A stretch of 63,881 bases of DNA, counting the filler, from Octopus bimaculoides (taxonomy: Eukaryota): assembly GCF_001194135.2 (NCBI RefSeq). It is 5 parts of 5 records of this genome, joined end to end, with 100 filler letters (N's around TTAATTAATTAA, not from the genome) between each part and the next. Parts side by side here need not be neighbours in the genome. Positions count along the whole stretch, not along the records: positions 1 to 24,749 come from NC_068981.1; 4 more parts are not named here. One strand, 5' to 3'. Both the position numbers and the translations under genes were made by a program. Shown here piece after piece: positions 1-14,695 of this stretch. Each line of letters starts with the position of its first letter. Positions within the stretch are counted from its first letter, which is position 1. Under the pieces are notes generated by a model. The model was not told the origin of the DNA. It saw only the letters and a list, made by a program, of their open reading frames with translations, and ran no database searches.

Positions 1-157
1 TATATATATATATATATATATATGTATATACATATACATATATATGTATATGTGTATATATATACATATATATACACATATATATTATGTATATATATAC
101 AAGTATATATATAGACACATGTATTTGTATTTATACATATATATGTATAAATACATT

Positions 158-195
<38 letters not shown>

Positions 196-205
196 NNNNN
201 NNNNN

Positions 206-240
<35 letters not shown>

Positions 241-450
241 GTGTGTGTGTGTATGCATATGTTTATATTTATGTATGTATATGTATACGTATACGTTTAT
301 TTGTATATCTGTGCATACAAGTATATGTATATATTTGTGTGTATTAAGATGAAGGCTCTTAGAAAACTAGTATTTCCTCAAAGAATTTGTTAGAGACAAA
401 TATAATTAGTCTTGGAAGAGCAATTATCGTTTAGCATTCACTTTATTACT

Positions 451-451
451 C

Positions 452-496
<45 letters not shown>

Positions 497-509
497 GTAG
501 TAGTAGTAA

Positions 510-550
<41 letters not shown>

Positions 551-562
551 TCATCATCATCA
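451..562. repeat. (TTA)n-(TAG)n microsatellite
   Basis: Directly visible. Confidence 0.95.
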
Positions 563-728
563 ATATTGCACTGTATAACTCGCTCTCATTTGTTATTTCA
601 CCAGTTTCTCTTCTAACGGTATGCACTTATCTTTGTTGATATATANNNNNNNNNNNNNNNNNNNNNNNNNNNNNNNNNNNNNNNNNNNNNNNNNNNNNNN
701 NNNNNNNNNNNNNNNNNNNNNNNNNNNN

Positions 729-774
<46 letters not shown>

Positions 775-860
775 AATTTATCCCTCCATCCATTTATCTA
801 TCTAAGACTCTATCTGACTATCTATCTATCTATCTATCTATCCATCTATCTATCTATCTA

Positions 861-895
<35 letters not shown>

Positions 896-1445
896 GTCTG
901 TTTGTCTGTTTGTCTATCTGTCTGTCTGTCTGTCTGTGTATGTATCTAATCTATCTCTTTGTCAGTCTGTCTGTTTGTTTATGCATTGTGCCTGTTCGTA
1001 TGTATGTACGTACGCATGCAAGTGCGGATTGATCGCACAGAAGTGAGTGTTACGTTCTTTTACTCGGCTACACTTGAACGTATATATAAGTTTTTATCTA
1101 ACTGTATGACGTGAACCATTGAAATGAACTCGTTTCAGCGTTACTTTCCTCTATAAATATAGTATTTGTTATTGCATAGTATTTATATACTAACACAGCC
1201 ATCTATGTACTAATAACGCTTGAGGTAATTTTTAAGATACGCGCAAGTGTTGTGTGGAGCATGACTTAGACAAAATCATGAGCGTCGCAGTCTAAATAAA
1301 ATGGCGACCTACTGATTGAGCCAAAAAAAAAAAAAATTAATGTTATAAATTTGGCTTAGAACTCTGCTGGAGTTAATCAAACGTTTTATATAATATACGG
1401 TGAGCACGGTACGGACATATGTATACATACGTACGTGTATATATG

Positions 1446-1494
<49 letters not shown>

Positions 1495-3320
1495 GAGTGT
1501 CTCTGTGGTAAGATGTTTGCTTCTGAACCGCATAGTTCCAGTTTCAGTCCCGTTGCATGTCTTCTTCGGAATTTATCTTAAATCTGTAGCCCCCGAGACT
1601 TTTGGATAGATATGGTAGACGGTAACTGAAGAAAACTTGTCGTTAATACTATAATATGTAATATAATATACATCATATTATATTATACAAATATATATAT
1701 ATGTACGTCTGTGGGTCTTCGTGTTTGTATTTGTATCCCACTATCACTTTATAACGAGTGTTGGTTTGTTCGCTTCCAAATTCCTACAAAAGGGACGATA
1801 GGATAAGTACTGGCGTCGATTTGTCGACTAAACCCTTCAAAGCCCTACCACAGAATAGTCGCTGTTTCTTGATTAAAACAAGTGAAAGATAAGTTGAAAA
1901 TAAAATACATATCGAATTATATTATGGCTTCTAATATCTAGCCTACGTGTGTCATAATGGCAAGATGATAATATAAACGTGAGATATAATTTAATATTGT
2001 CTCAATATTAATGATATATTAATAATGATAATATTTTGAACACAAGCAGTAAGTCACAAAATTTGACGATTGAGGATACATTATATGCGTAGTTTTACTT
2101 GGGCTAAGTTAAAACTCCCAACCCACCGATCTTATTTGAACTCTGAAAGTAAAGGGGCGTAACTGAATTGCACCTACCCTATCCTATCACCTCAACATCA
2201 TCATAATCATGATCATCGGCTCACTCATGATCGTCATCATTATCATTATCCTTTCTATCATCATCATCGCCGCTGTTGTTGAGAACATTACCGTCTGAGG
2301 GAGTATTTTACAGCAATATACCCATTTAGTCACCTTTTATGAAACCACAAGATATGTTGTACTAATTTGTACACACTATGAAACTTTAGGTCCACGAGAT
2401 TTTTTCCCGAATACTACAGCATCAGTTTTTATGAAATCACGAGGCCGCTAGCTCTATTTGTTTTCGCACCTAAAACTCGATTTTCAAAGCCAGGTGCTGA
2501 CGTCCATTTACTCTTCCCTAATCGTTGGAACGAATATCGTGCCAAACATTGGCCACGTTTTTCAACTCCTCTTTTTTTCCGTGGCTTATGGAACCCTGCT
2601 CCATTTTTCAAAAACACATGTAAGATTTGTTGTCCCTTTCCCTTTCTTCGATAAATTCGTCGGGGAAGCAAGCAAAGGTTTTTTTTTTTTCTGTGACAGC
2701 TCTTCTACACTTCTTCTTCTTATTTTTTTTTTGTTTTCTTGAAGCTGATTAGTTTCCAATGTTTCCCTCGGATTCGTATCGCTAGCAAATGTGCTTCTGT
2801 AGGTTTTTTTCTTTGCCTCTGAATTTAAAATTTTCGATTTCACCAACATTTATTACGCACATACTCACACAGATGTAGATGAATAATGTAGAGAAATAAG
2901 GGAGATAAACATATACATATGTGTGTGCATGCATACATGCATACATACACACGTACAAACATACAGGCTATTCCAGCGATGAATTTCTACTCAAATGGGC
3001 GTTGATCGTGTCGTGGCCACGACGAATCCTTCATTGGTGATTGTAACACCCTAAGAAGTGCATTAAATAATATAATTACTTTACAATATATCGACTTACT
3101 TCTGAATGTTCCATATTGATTCTGGTTTCACACATAAGCGCGCACGCACACATACATACACACAGATATTTGCATGAACTGCCTGCGATATTTGAGAATT
3201 TAATGTTTAGCCTCTCAAAGTGATTGTGGGATTTAAGCTGAAACGCAAAGTTGAAATCGTGACTAGAGGTTTAGATTAGTGATTTAAGAGTGAATTTTAA
3301 CATTGATTAAAGATTTAGCT

Positions 3321-3509
3321 TAGAGATTAAGAAAAAAATACGACGATTATTTTAGTGAAATATTTTCATTCATGTAACTAACCATACTCAATTCTTGATT
3401 TTAAAATTATATATTAATATAATTTTAAAATCAAGAATCGAGAATGGCTAGTTACATGAATGAAAATATTTCACTAAGATAATCGTCGTATTTTTTTCTT
3501 TAATCTCTA
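3321..3509. repeat. Spacer-less near-perfect palindrome (about 94-bp arms), MITE-like
   Basis: tagagattaagaaaaaaatacgacgatta...ttttaaaattata | ...aattttaaaatcaagaat...aatcgtcgtatttttttctttaatctcta. Confidence 0.85.
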
Positions 3510-4093
3510 CGCGACAGACATATAATTTCATTTGCACACGCGCATGTGTTTGTGTGTGAGTTTCAGTCTATATGAATAAGGGTGTATGCACTTTGGTTTC
3601 AATGTGTTGGTGTTTTTGCAGGGATGTATAGCCTGAAGTCAACCTGAGGATTGATCAAACGTATTATGAAATGCGTCTCTGTTGTCACGTCACCATGTTG
3701 TGTCATTCTTTTTCTGTGTATCGTTCTTTTTCTTCTTCTTTACTTTTTAAGCAGATTCGAGGCCATGATTCGAGGGACATTTTGACTGGTACTTGAAACT
3801 ATCCGAATGATTTCAAAGAACCACTACCCCTTCATGTTGTTGTGTTGCATACTCTCATGCCTGCGCTGATTGAGAACTCACCTATAATGTAAAATATTCT
3901 AACAGGGAACAATATAATCTCTTTAGATATCTAGAAATACCTATGACCCATGCGTTCTCCTTTCATAATACGTTAAGGTATGATTTGTAGAAGATCTGGT
4001 TGCTATACGTCGGAGGAAGAGCAACGGCATCAAAGTTCCCCTTCAAGCCTTCAGTTTGAAAGCCCAGCGTGAGATGTACCTTCATAACCAATA

Positions 4094-4148
<55 letters not shown>

Positions 4149-4150
<2 letters not shown>

Positions 4151-4361
4151 GGTGGCGGGCTGGTAGAATCGCGCCGAGCAAAATACTTAGCGGCATTTAG
4201 TCCGTCCTTACGTTCTCAGTTCAAATTCCCCCGAGGTCAAATTTGCCTTTCATCTTCTCGGGGTCGATGAAGTAAATACCTGTTACGTACTGAGGTACTG
4301 AGGTCGATGCAATCGACTTACCTCCTCCCACAAATTTCAAGCCTTGTGCCTATAGCAGAAA
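4149..4361 (+). mobile_element. Family A SINE between two (TTA)n tracts
   Basis: aaggtggcgggctggtagaatc...gttcaaattcc..gaggtcaaatttgcctttcatc..cggggtcgat...ccttgtgcc. Confidence 0.8.
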
Positions 4362-4415
4362 TTATTATTATTATTATTATTAATATTATTATTATTATTA
4401 TTATTATTATTATGA

Positions 4416-4467
<52 letters not shown>

Positions 4468-4980
4468 CATAATCATCATCATCATTATTATTAAAGATAG
4501 CAATTTCCGCTGACTAACCGCAGTCCACCTACAAGTAATCAGTTAACACGTTTATATGCTGTTATCTCAGCAAATACTCATATTGTCAAATTAGCAGAGT
4601 ACTGGCAGTAACGGACGCATTCTTATGTTGTATTTATCCCAGTTTTCAGTTCTTGCCACTCTGAGTTCAATTCTCACTCAGGACAGATCAATTGTGTCTT
4701 TCATCCTCCTCATCCTTTTCTTTCTTTTTATCCTCCTCCTTTCGTTCTCTGCTTCGTTTATGTCACGAGAAAGAAAGCAAGAGACGACATACACTGTGCA
4801 ATCGAATTATAAAGGGAGAAATGATATGCTAATGAACACATCTCAACAATATGGCTCCATTTACAGCAATCATGGCACGCTGTAACACATGCACACACGC
4901 ACGTGCGGGCACATACATGACGCATACATACACACACACACACGTATATATATATGTCTATGTATATACTTTAATATATG

Positions 4981-5009
<29 letters not shown>

Positions 5010-5018
<9 letters not shown>

Positions 5019-5205
5019 TAATCACCCCCCACCCCAAAAAAACAGGAAAAAACACAAGAAAAAGCAAAAACGCGTGGACGTGGTACATGCAAAGGCATTC
5101 AGGGAAGGAAAGAAAAGTTGTTTTACGTTTCGAGCAAAGCTCTTCTTCAGAAACAGAAGACAGAGGAAAAAAATGGCTAACAATCCACATGTAGTTACAT
5201 TTTGA
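5010..5205 (-). mobile_element. Short hammerhead-bearing repeat (Penelope pLTR/retrozyme-like), family 1
   Basis: Alignable by eye over about 200 bp with 49670-49870 (caaaatgtaac..gtggat..., hammerhead, tttctttcc..., cacgtcc.cg..ttgctttt); 3' end runs into (TA)n. Confidence 0.6.
5119..5155 (-). ncRNA. Minimal type I hammerhead ribozyme, canonical core
   Basis: TGTTT-CTGAAGA-A-GAGC-TTT-GCTC-GAAA-CG-TA-AAACA: 5-bp stem I, 4-bp stem II, palindromic ACGT stem III, GUA cleavage triplet. Confidence 0.75.
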
Positions 5206-6348
5206 ANNNNNNNNNNNNNNNNNNNNNNNNNNNNNNNNNNNNNNNNNNNNNNNNNNNNNNNNNNNNNNNNNNNNNNNNNNNNNNNNNNNNNNNNNNNNNN
5301 NNNNNNNNNNNNNNNNNNNNNNNNNNNNNNNNNNNNNNNNNNNNNNNNNNNNNNNNNNNNNNNNNNNNNNNNNNNNNNNNNNNNNNNNNNNNNNNNNNNN
5401 NNNNNNNNNNNNNNNNNNNNNNNNNNNNNNNNNNNNNNNNNNNNNNNNNNNNNNNNNNNNNNNNNNNNNNNNNNNNNNNNNNNNNNNNNNNNNNNNNNNN
5501 NNNNNNNNNNNNNNNNNNNNNNNNNNNNNNNNNNNNNNNNNNNNNNNNNNNNNNNNNNNNNNNNNNNNNNNNNNNNNNNNNNNNNNNNNNNNNNNNNNNN
5601 NNNNNNNNNNNNNNNNNNNNNNNNNNNNNNNNNNNNNNNNNNNNNNNNNNNNNNNNNNNNNNNNNNNNNNNNNNNNNNNNNNNNNNNNNNNNNNNNNNNN
5701 NNNNNNNNNNNNNNNNNNNNNNNNNNNNNNNNNNNNNNNNNNNNNNNNNNNNNNNNNNNNNNNNNNNNNNNNNNNNNNNNNNNNNNNNNNNNNNNNNNNN
5801 NNNNNNNNNNNNNNNNNNNNNNNNNNNNNNNNNNNNNNNNNNNNNNNNNNNNNNNNNNTATATATACATTAACATAATCTGTGTAAATGTATGTACATAA
5901 TGATATATGTGTTTATGTACACATTTGTGTATACATGTGTTTGCGTGTTTATGCCCATAAGCATTTACATATCCTTACACGTTTAAGTATGAATAACTCG
6001 TTCGCTTGCTGCGAATAACCCCTATAAAGGAACTATTTATTTCACTCAACGCTGTAAATGAGTTTGTAAACGGTTTGAATTTCATCACGAGGCTGCTTCA
6101 CGTCTTATTTACCGTCCATTTCAAAACAACATGATTCCCGTTGACTTTAATACATACGCTTATGTATATGCGTGTGTGTGTCTGTGTGCGTGTCTGTGTG
6201 TGTGTGAGTGGGTGTGTGTGCACCCATGTATGTATACATATGTGTGTTTGTACGTGTATATACTGACAGATAGACAGACACACAGACACACTGATAGATA
6301 AATATCAATTTGTCTATGTATATATATATATATATATATATATACATA

Positions 6349-6395
<47 letters not shown>

Positions 6396-6511
6396 TTGTG
6401 TGTGCGTGTATTATACATGTATTTATGTAATATATAAAAATATATGAATATATGTATGTATAATATATATATATTTATATATATATACATCTGAATGTAT
6501 GCATATCTATC

Positions 6512-6562
<51 letters not shown>

Positions 6563-7274
6563 NNNNNNNNNNNNNNNNNNNNNNNNNNNNNNNNNNNNNN
6601 NNNNNNNNNNNNNNNNNNNNNNNNNNNNNNNNNNNNNNNNNNNNNNNNNNNNNNNNNNNNNNNNNNNNNNNNNNNNNNNNNNNNNNNNNNNNNNNNNNNN
6701 NNNNNNNNNNNNNNNNNNNNNNNNNNNATCATATGCTTTTGAGTGTGCGTATATGTGTACATATACACACACACATATATGAAAGTCAACCTCCTGTCCC
6801 TCACGCAGGCCATCGCCGTTCCTACATACACATTCCTTGGTTTACAAGCGAGCTGTCCAATCTAGGAAGGACAAGTCGTACTAAATAAACATCAATGATA
6901 TTAAAATAGTGACCCTCACAAGAGGTGACAGTTTCATCAATTCAGAATCACACTGTAAATGACAGGTGTGAGAGAATGAAATTAATAAAGTTATTTCGTT
7001 TGCTACAACTGAATAAAGGGAAGAATAAATATCATTTGCTGTTTCCTAAATATTGTTGGTCTGGGAATTGTTTCTGAGCGGACTGACAACTATTGGTTTA
7101 TGGTATGTATAATTGTGTTTGTGTGAGCGTGTATACGTGCGAGCGCGCGAGCGTGCATGTGTGAGTGAGAGAGTGAGAAGGAGAGCGAGCGACAGATTTT
7201 GTGCGTAAGTGTACGTCTGTATGTATATATGCACTCACACACACAGAGGAGACAGACATATAGATCCTTGTGTA

Positions 7275-7334
<60 letters not shown>

Positions 7335-7540
7335 CATATGCATGTATACATACACATATGTACATACCTACATCTACATGTATATATAGATGTATATCCA
7401 GGTACTGAACGTTAGAAAAATGAACGGGGACATAAAACCAAAACGGACAATAGAACGAACACATGGGAAAACAAGCAAGCCACTTATGGAATTATTCCTT
7501 CATCAGCTATATATACACTTATATATATACATACATATAA

Positions 7541-7586
<46 letters not shown>

Positions 7587-8134
7587 GCATACATACATTA
7601 CATATATGCATGCATATATGTCCATATGCTTATATGTTTATGTGTGTGTGTTTATCTGTGTATCTCTGTGTATACACGCATACACACTCACACACGCGCG
7701 CGTGCACACAGATATCTCACCGTTACACAATATCTAGTTAACCTGACAATAGAGTCCACACCTATTTCAATCTTTTTTGAAACAAACTTCCTTATTTTAT
7801 CGCATGTTTACGAAGTTTCACTTGCACAATTCTGAACCTTATTGAATTAGATTTCTTCGGGTCCTTAATTTGGGACTTTCGACATTACCACAGCCTAATT
7901 ATTTTAAGGGAACCAATAGACGATTAAACTGACTTCTCTTCCTATACCACCACCATTTGACTAATGACAGTAATTTGACCGAATCATTAGTGCAGAATAC
8001 CTTGTGGTGTCCGTTACGGTTCTTTGCGCTTTTTGATTTAAAAATTTCGCTGACCGGAGTCATCTTTGCTTTTTATTCTTTCGGTTAGTGACAGTCAAGG
8101 CCTGGAGTAGGGAATGGAATTGGATGATGATCGT

Positions 8135-8135
<1 letters not shown>

Positions 8136-8167
<32 letters not shown>

Positions 8168-8227
8168 GTCTTCTTCTTCTTCTTCTTCTTCTTCTTCTTC
8201 TTCTTCTTCTTCTTCTTCTTCTTCTTC
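8136..8227. repeat. (CAT)n-(CTT)n microsatellite
   Basis: Directly visible. Confidence 0.95.
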
Positions 8228-8745
8228 TGCTTCTTTTTCTCCGCCCCCTCGTTCTCTTTCTAGTCTCTTTCTCTGACCGAACTAACTACGTTTTTTTTTC
8301 GAGAAACACGATAAGCGAAGAATACTCACGTCATACTTTTCTAAGGTGTTAAATGAGGGACACGTAAACTCTCCTCGTGAAGAAACTAAAACTTAAAACA
8401 AAAAAAAAACTGACATACGACTTCATCCCTCTAAAAACGTCCCGATGTGCCGTACAGCACAGATAGAAAATAAAGTTTCTTGAGTTCTTTCTTTTTTTTT
8501 TTTTTTGTCTCCACACTAGAAGGATGAAAGTCACTTATGGCCTCGGTGGGACTCGATACCAGAACGTAAAGCATTTTATCCTACGTTCAATTAATTCTGG
8601 AAATTCACATCTTGAAAGCGGTTTGCATCGATTTAATCTGCTTCAATATATAGAATGTCAGCGTTATTTAAACATATTTTTGCCGACTGCAGGAATTATG
8701 AGTGGTATTTTTATCCCTAGATTCAACATATCTTGTAAATGGATA

Positions 8746-8995
8746 GTCGCAGGTATGGCTGTGTGATAAGAAGCTTGCTTCCCAACTGCATGATTCTGTG
8801 TTCAGTCCCACCGCGTGGCACCTTGGACAAGTGTCTTCCGAGTGGATTTTACAGACTGAGACTGAAAGAAGTCCGTCGTATCGCTTGACAACCGGTTCTG
8901 GTGTGTTTGCGTCCCCGTAACTTAGTAGTTCAGCAAAAGAGGCCGGTGGAATAAATATCGGGCTTAAAAAAGAAATACTGGGCTTCGATTCAGTT
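8746..8995 (+). mobile_element. tRNA-derived SINE family B (CORE-like central segment), internally deleted
   Basis: tggctgtgtgataagaagcttgcttcccaac...ttcagtcccaccgcgtggcaccttggacaagtgtcttc...ctgaaagaagtccgtcgta. Confidence 0.75.
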
Positions 8996-10384
8996 ATTCG
9001 TCTATTTTACTACTGCGCCATTCTAAATACCAATAATATATTTCAAATATATATTATTCACTTGGCTTATGCAGACTTCAGCTGAGTCCACTTTGTTGCA
9101 GACTCTCAAGTCAGTACACAAATTTGAAGATAACTTCTAACAGTTTTAGAGTGTTTGTAAAGGGTCATGCGCACAAGCTTTTCCCTCCTGGCTACAAAGC
9201 AAAGCAAAAAACTTAAACAAATATCATATCGATTGTAACTGACATGAGTTCGGCTCAGCATGAAGAAGGGTGGAATGTTAATGACTACAGGAGGGCGCGT
9301 TATCACTTCCATCGTTAATTACTTTATATTTTCACGTAAATTCTCAATTACTCCAATAACTCCAGTACTCCAGTTACATAAACTTTATATCTGTTAATTT
9401 ATATCTATATCTTTCTTATTAATTAGGAAAACTAATTAGCACAGCTAGGTATTTCCTCTTCTTAGTAGTCGCTGGTTTTACTACATGCCGCTATTGAAAT
9501 TATTCTAAGAACTTCAATCGTATATGTCGATTAACACACATACACACACACACACACAAGCACTCAAACACATGCACACATACATACACATATGTGTATG
9601 GTATGTATACATGTATGTATATATGTATGTAGCTATAAATTTTGCATTAAGAGGAGGTAAGGAATTTAGCTGTGGGTTGATTCCTATGTAAAATGATTTT
9701 CTCAGTTGAAATCTACGACGTGTTTGAGAAAGGTACGGCACGGCGATATTATAAGGTTATAAACTCGGTAATGAATCGGCAGAAACCTAACGAATGCCAG
9801 ACATAAATTGTTATGCTTGTATTCAATAAGTTCTCTTTTCGTTCTGATTCCGAATCCGGATCGACAATACCATCTATTTGGAGCTGGTATTTGTTTCGAG
9901 AATTCTTTTGACTCACCACACTAGAGACTGCGGGTTCACCAGAGTGCGTGCCTTTTAAGCATCTATGTGGAATTTTTACTCAGAACGCTGAGCGCAGGAA
10001 CAAATCCTGCAAGGCATCCGGTCCGAAATCCTTATAGTTCTGCCAATCCACTGCATTAGATGTGTACATTTTTTTTATCACCACCTTAAAGATCTCCTGA
10101 TAGGGTCTCAGAACACAAACACTAAGGACAAATACCTCGAAGCAATTCTAATCCGATTTTATAATGATTCTGCGAGTTCAACGTCTTACATCATTTCATG
10201 GTGGTTTGTGCCTAAGCTCGAAACTAATTTTATTCTTTCCTTCTATAAATTTGATGTTAAACGTAGGGAAATATTTCATAAAATAATGGCGGCAAGTCCT
10301 ATTAGAAACTTGCATGTGAGCCCAATCAAATCCTGTTTGGAAGAAATTTACTTCATAAATATATATAATCTGAAGTTAAATAAA

Positions 10385-10570
10385 ATCGAACACGTCGGAC
10401 AAAACGTTTAACAGCATTTCATCCGTCTTTATGGGTTCAAATCTCGTAGACTGAACTTTCATCCTTTCTGCGTCGATGAAAGAAGTATTAGTTGAATATT
10501 GGAGTAGCTGTAATGATCGTTCCCCCTCCTCTAGAAAAGTTCAGGCATTCTGCCAGTTGTAGAAAGAATT
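10385..10570 (+). mobile_element. Diverged family A SINE
   Basis: ggacaaaacgttta.cagcatttcatccgtc...gggttcaaatc...ctttcatcctttc.gcgtcgat. Confidence 0.6.
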
Positions 10571-11829
10571 ATCTGAAATATATGAGCAATTTTCAATTCT
10601 CAGTATCTTAGATCGTGACGAATGGATACCATTCGAGTTCGAAACTACTGCAAGCTTTTTTAAAATTTAAATTTTACCTCAGTGGCATTGTCTTTAGTAC
10701 ATACCTTTGGTGTTTATAAAGCTGTTACTGATGAATACCAAATATCGATATAAATCTTATCTTCAATATACTATCGCTATATCAAACGAAAACAGATGAG
10801 TATCTAAATCCGCTAAATAACACAAAATCGGTGTTAAAAATTTGGCTCTCGGGATGCTATGAAATTTTTGAAAATGTTTTAAATTTCATTAACTAAATTT
10901 TCTATTCTTTTTTTTTTCTTTTGTTATATTCAACATCGAAGACCTGATTTATATTTAAAGAGCAGTTTTTCGATTTCACATCAGAACACTTAGTTTTTGA
11001 TTTGAGAGCAAATCATCATTGCAAGCCAATATAATAGTTCAATAGTCACATTATTTTTCTAATTTTAGATAAATATTTCTTTTTTATTTTTTCGATCAAA
11101 GGGACATACATATATTCATTTTACATATTTTTATACTTGGTATCTTTGAAAAATTCTCAGTAAAAGAAGTTGTTAAATGCTCAAAGATTTTAAAAGAAAA
11201 AGAAAATACTTTCCTGTAAGTGTATCTCAAGTCAGGGTTTAATTACCTACAAAAGTAATTTTCTCATCAGGTTCAATTAGCATGATATGTAGTTAAATAA
11301 TTAAACAATAATTACATGATGATGAATTTATACATATACAATATCATAGGCGGATATCCACACAGACAAGACGCATAAACAGACACGCTCGCACAGACAT
11401 ATACACATGTCTGTGTTTGAACTTGTGAGGAGATGTATGAAAAATATGTGTAATAAATAATATACGCGTGTGTCTGTACATATCTGCACTCATAGATATA
11501 TTTATGTATGTACCTAAGAATAGATACTTAAGTCATTTCACTAATGAATCAATTAATCACTGACACTAATTAGCGTTTATATATAGAGAGAGTATTTCGT
11601 TGTAAAGTTGTTCTAAGTTTTCGAAAGAAATTAACCAGCAACGGCGGGATGTTTTCCATTTGACATAACAAAATTGTTATAATTCTTCGGCTGGGAATCG
11701 AAACAGGAGAGCACTGTGTGTGNNNNNNNNNNNNNNGGGGGGGGGGGGGAGGCGTGTGCATGAGTGTTGTGTGCCAGTATTTACAAAAAAGGTGCGGGTG
11801 AGAAAGACGTGTGGTAGAGAAACGTCTTA

Positions 11830-11865
<36 letters not shown>

Positions 11866-12086
11866 TTCTCTCTCTCCCTCTTTATATATCTCTCTCTCTC
11901 ACACTCACACACACATGTATATATGTATATGGACACTTATCAAAAGTTCGTTTATTCCTCATCATTGCTTAGCGCTGATACTACTGTGTGTGTATATATA
12001 TATACATATATTTATATATATATATATATATATATATGGAGAAATGGCCTAAAATTTGCCCTGTTTCTAATTATACCAGATTTTAA

Positions 12087-12117
<31 letters not shown>

Positions 12118-12518
12118 TAGTGTGTATAAGGGGCTCTGCAGTAGAATCGAAACCGTAAACGTGAGATTACGAAACTTACTTCACTCCCACACTTGTCTGC
12201 AATTAATCGTTTTATTATAATTATTTGCCAACGTTGTAGGTATTCCGAAATAATTGCAAATAATTTATCTTCGAGTGTACAAATGTTGCCTCATATTTTG
12301 TACCAATCTTCTTTCCATCGTCTAATTTCTGCGTTACCTTTTGGTAATAATATTTTGACTTCTCTCTAATCGAAATTAAGATATTCAACAGAAAGAACAA
12401 AGAAACCTCTGGAGAAAAGAAGAGTTTTATGTTATTTCATCTTTGCTTGATACAATTACAACATATATCAATTTGAAGGAGTTATCAAATCAGAATACTT
12501 AACAGCAATACATCGCAC

Positions 12519-12570
<52 letters not shown>

Positions 12571-12665
12571 ACTACGTGCGCATGAGTGTGTATAGGTAGG
12601 TGTGGATAAGTATCTGCATGTCATAGCTGATGAGAGATTTTGTATGAACGTGTGTTTATATATAC

Positions 12666-12705
<40 letters not shown>

Positions 12706-13537
12706 NNNNNNNNNNNNNNNNNNNNNNNNNNNNNNNNNNNNNNNNNNNNNNNNNNNNNNNNNNNNNNNNNNNNNNNNNNNNNNNNNNNNNNNNNNNNNNN
12801 NNNNNNNNNNNNNNNNNNNNNNNNNNNNNNNNNNNNNNNNNNNNNNNNNNNNNNNNNNNNNNNNNNNNNNNNNNNNNNNNNNNNNNNNNNNNNNNNNNNN
12901 NNNNNNNNNNNNNNNNNNNNNNNNNNNNNNNNNNNNNNNNNNNNNNNNNNNNNNNNNNNNNNNNNNNNNNNNNNNNNNNNNNNNNNNNNNNNNNNNNNNN
13001 NNNNNNNNNNNNNNNNNNNNNNNNNNNNNNNNNNNNNNNNNNNNNNNNNNNNNNNNNNNNNNNNNNNNNNNNNNNNNNNNNNNNNNNNNNNNNNNNNNNN
13101 NNNNNNNNNNNNNNNNNNNNNNNNNNNNNNNNNNNNNNNNNNNNNNNNNNNNNNNNNNNNNNNNNNNNNNNNNNNNNNNNNNNNNNNNNNNNNNNNNNNN
13201 NNNNNNNNNNNNNNNNNNNNNNNNNNNNNNNNNNNNNNNNNNNNNNNNNNNNNNNNNNNNNNNNNNNNNNNNNNNNNNNNNNNNNNNNNNNNNNNNNNNN
13301 NNNNNNNNNNNNNNNNNNNNNNNNNNNNNNNNNNNNNNNNNNNNNNNNNNNNNNNNNNNNNNNNNNNNNNNNNNNNNNNNNNNNNNNNNNNNNNNNNNNN
13401 NNNNNNNNNNNNNNNNNNNNNNNNNNNNNNNNNNNNNNNNNNNNNNNNNNNNNNNNNNNNNNNNNNNNNNNNNNNNNNNNNNNNNNNNNNNNNNNNNNNN
13501 NNNNNNNNNNNNNNNNNNNNNNNNNNNNNNNNNNNNN

Positions 13538-13586
<49 letters not shown>

Positions 13587-14660
13587 TACACACATATATA
13601 TATTTACATATATATCTACACACATATATATACATATATATTCATTTGATTATACATACACACACCTACACACACACACATACACACACACACACGCACA
13701 CACACATATATATATACGGTATATGATGTATATTTGTGTGTGTGTGTGTAGATGAATGTAAATGCGTGTGTGTATCTATGCATACGCATTGATATGATAG
13801 TTAAACATACACGTCATAATTTACCCCTTCCTCCCGTTTTTCTTTCGTCTTTTACTCCGATAACAAGAGACACGAACGCATATATTTATAAAACTCTGTG
13901 TGTGTACGTGAGTGGGGTAGTGCGCGTAAGGCGTGTGCGTGTTGTGTGTTTGTGTGGTATGTGTGGAATATGTATGTGTGGAATATGTATGCGTGGACGC
14001 TAACATATATATATACAAGCACATATATGCATATATATACATATATATATNNNNNNNNNNNNNNNNNNNNNNNNNNNNNNNNNNNNNNNNNNNNNNNNNN
14101 NNNNNNNNNNNNNNNNNNNNNNNNNNNNNNNNNNNNNNNNNNNNNNNNNNNNNNNNNNNNNNNNNNNNNNNNNNNNNNNNNNNNNNNNNNNNNNNNNNNN
14201 NNNNNNNNNNNNNNNNNNNNNNNNNNNNNNNNNNNNNNNNNNNNNNNNNNNNNNNNNNNNNNNNNNNNNNNNNNNNNNNNNNNNNNNNNNNNNNNNNNNN
14301 NNNNNNNNNNNNNNNNNNNNNNNNNNNNNNNNNNNNNNNNNNNNNNNNNNNNNNNNNNNNNNNNNNNNNNNNNNNNNNNNNNNNNNNNNNNNNNNNNNNN
14401 NNNNNNNNNNNNNNNNNNNNNNNNNNNNNNNNNNNNNNNNNNNNNNNNNNNNNNNNNNNNNNNNNNNNNNNNNNNNNNNNNNNNNNNNNNNNNNNNNNNN
14501 NNNNNNNNNNNNNNNNNNNNNNNNNNNNNNNNNNNNNNNNNNNNNNNNNNNNNNNNNNNNNNNNNNNNNNNNNNNNNNNNNNNNNNNNNNNNNNNNNNNN
14601 NNNNNNNNNNNNNNNNNNNNNNNNNNNNNNNNNNNNNNNNNNNNNNNNNNNNNNNNNNNN

Positions 14661-14695
<35 letters not shown>

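Noticed and set aside
2586-2849. Lys-rich 87-aa minus-strand ORF
   Set aside because: Driven by poly-T runs; no recognisable domain or splice support.
3625-3695. CTGAGGA...GAAATGCGTC
   Set aside because: No consistent stem II or stem I could be drawn.
7481-7508. Minus-strand CTGATGA-A-GGAA-TAA-TTCC (hammerhead 5' half with stem II)
   Set aside because: Followed by ATAAG rather than GAAA, with no stem III or cleavage triplet; at best a degenerate relic.
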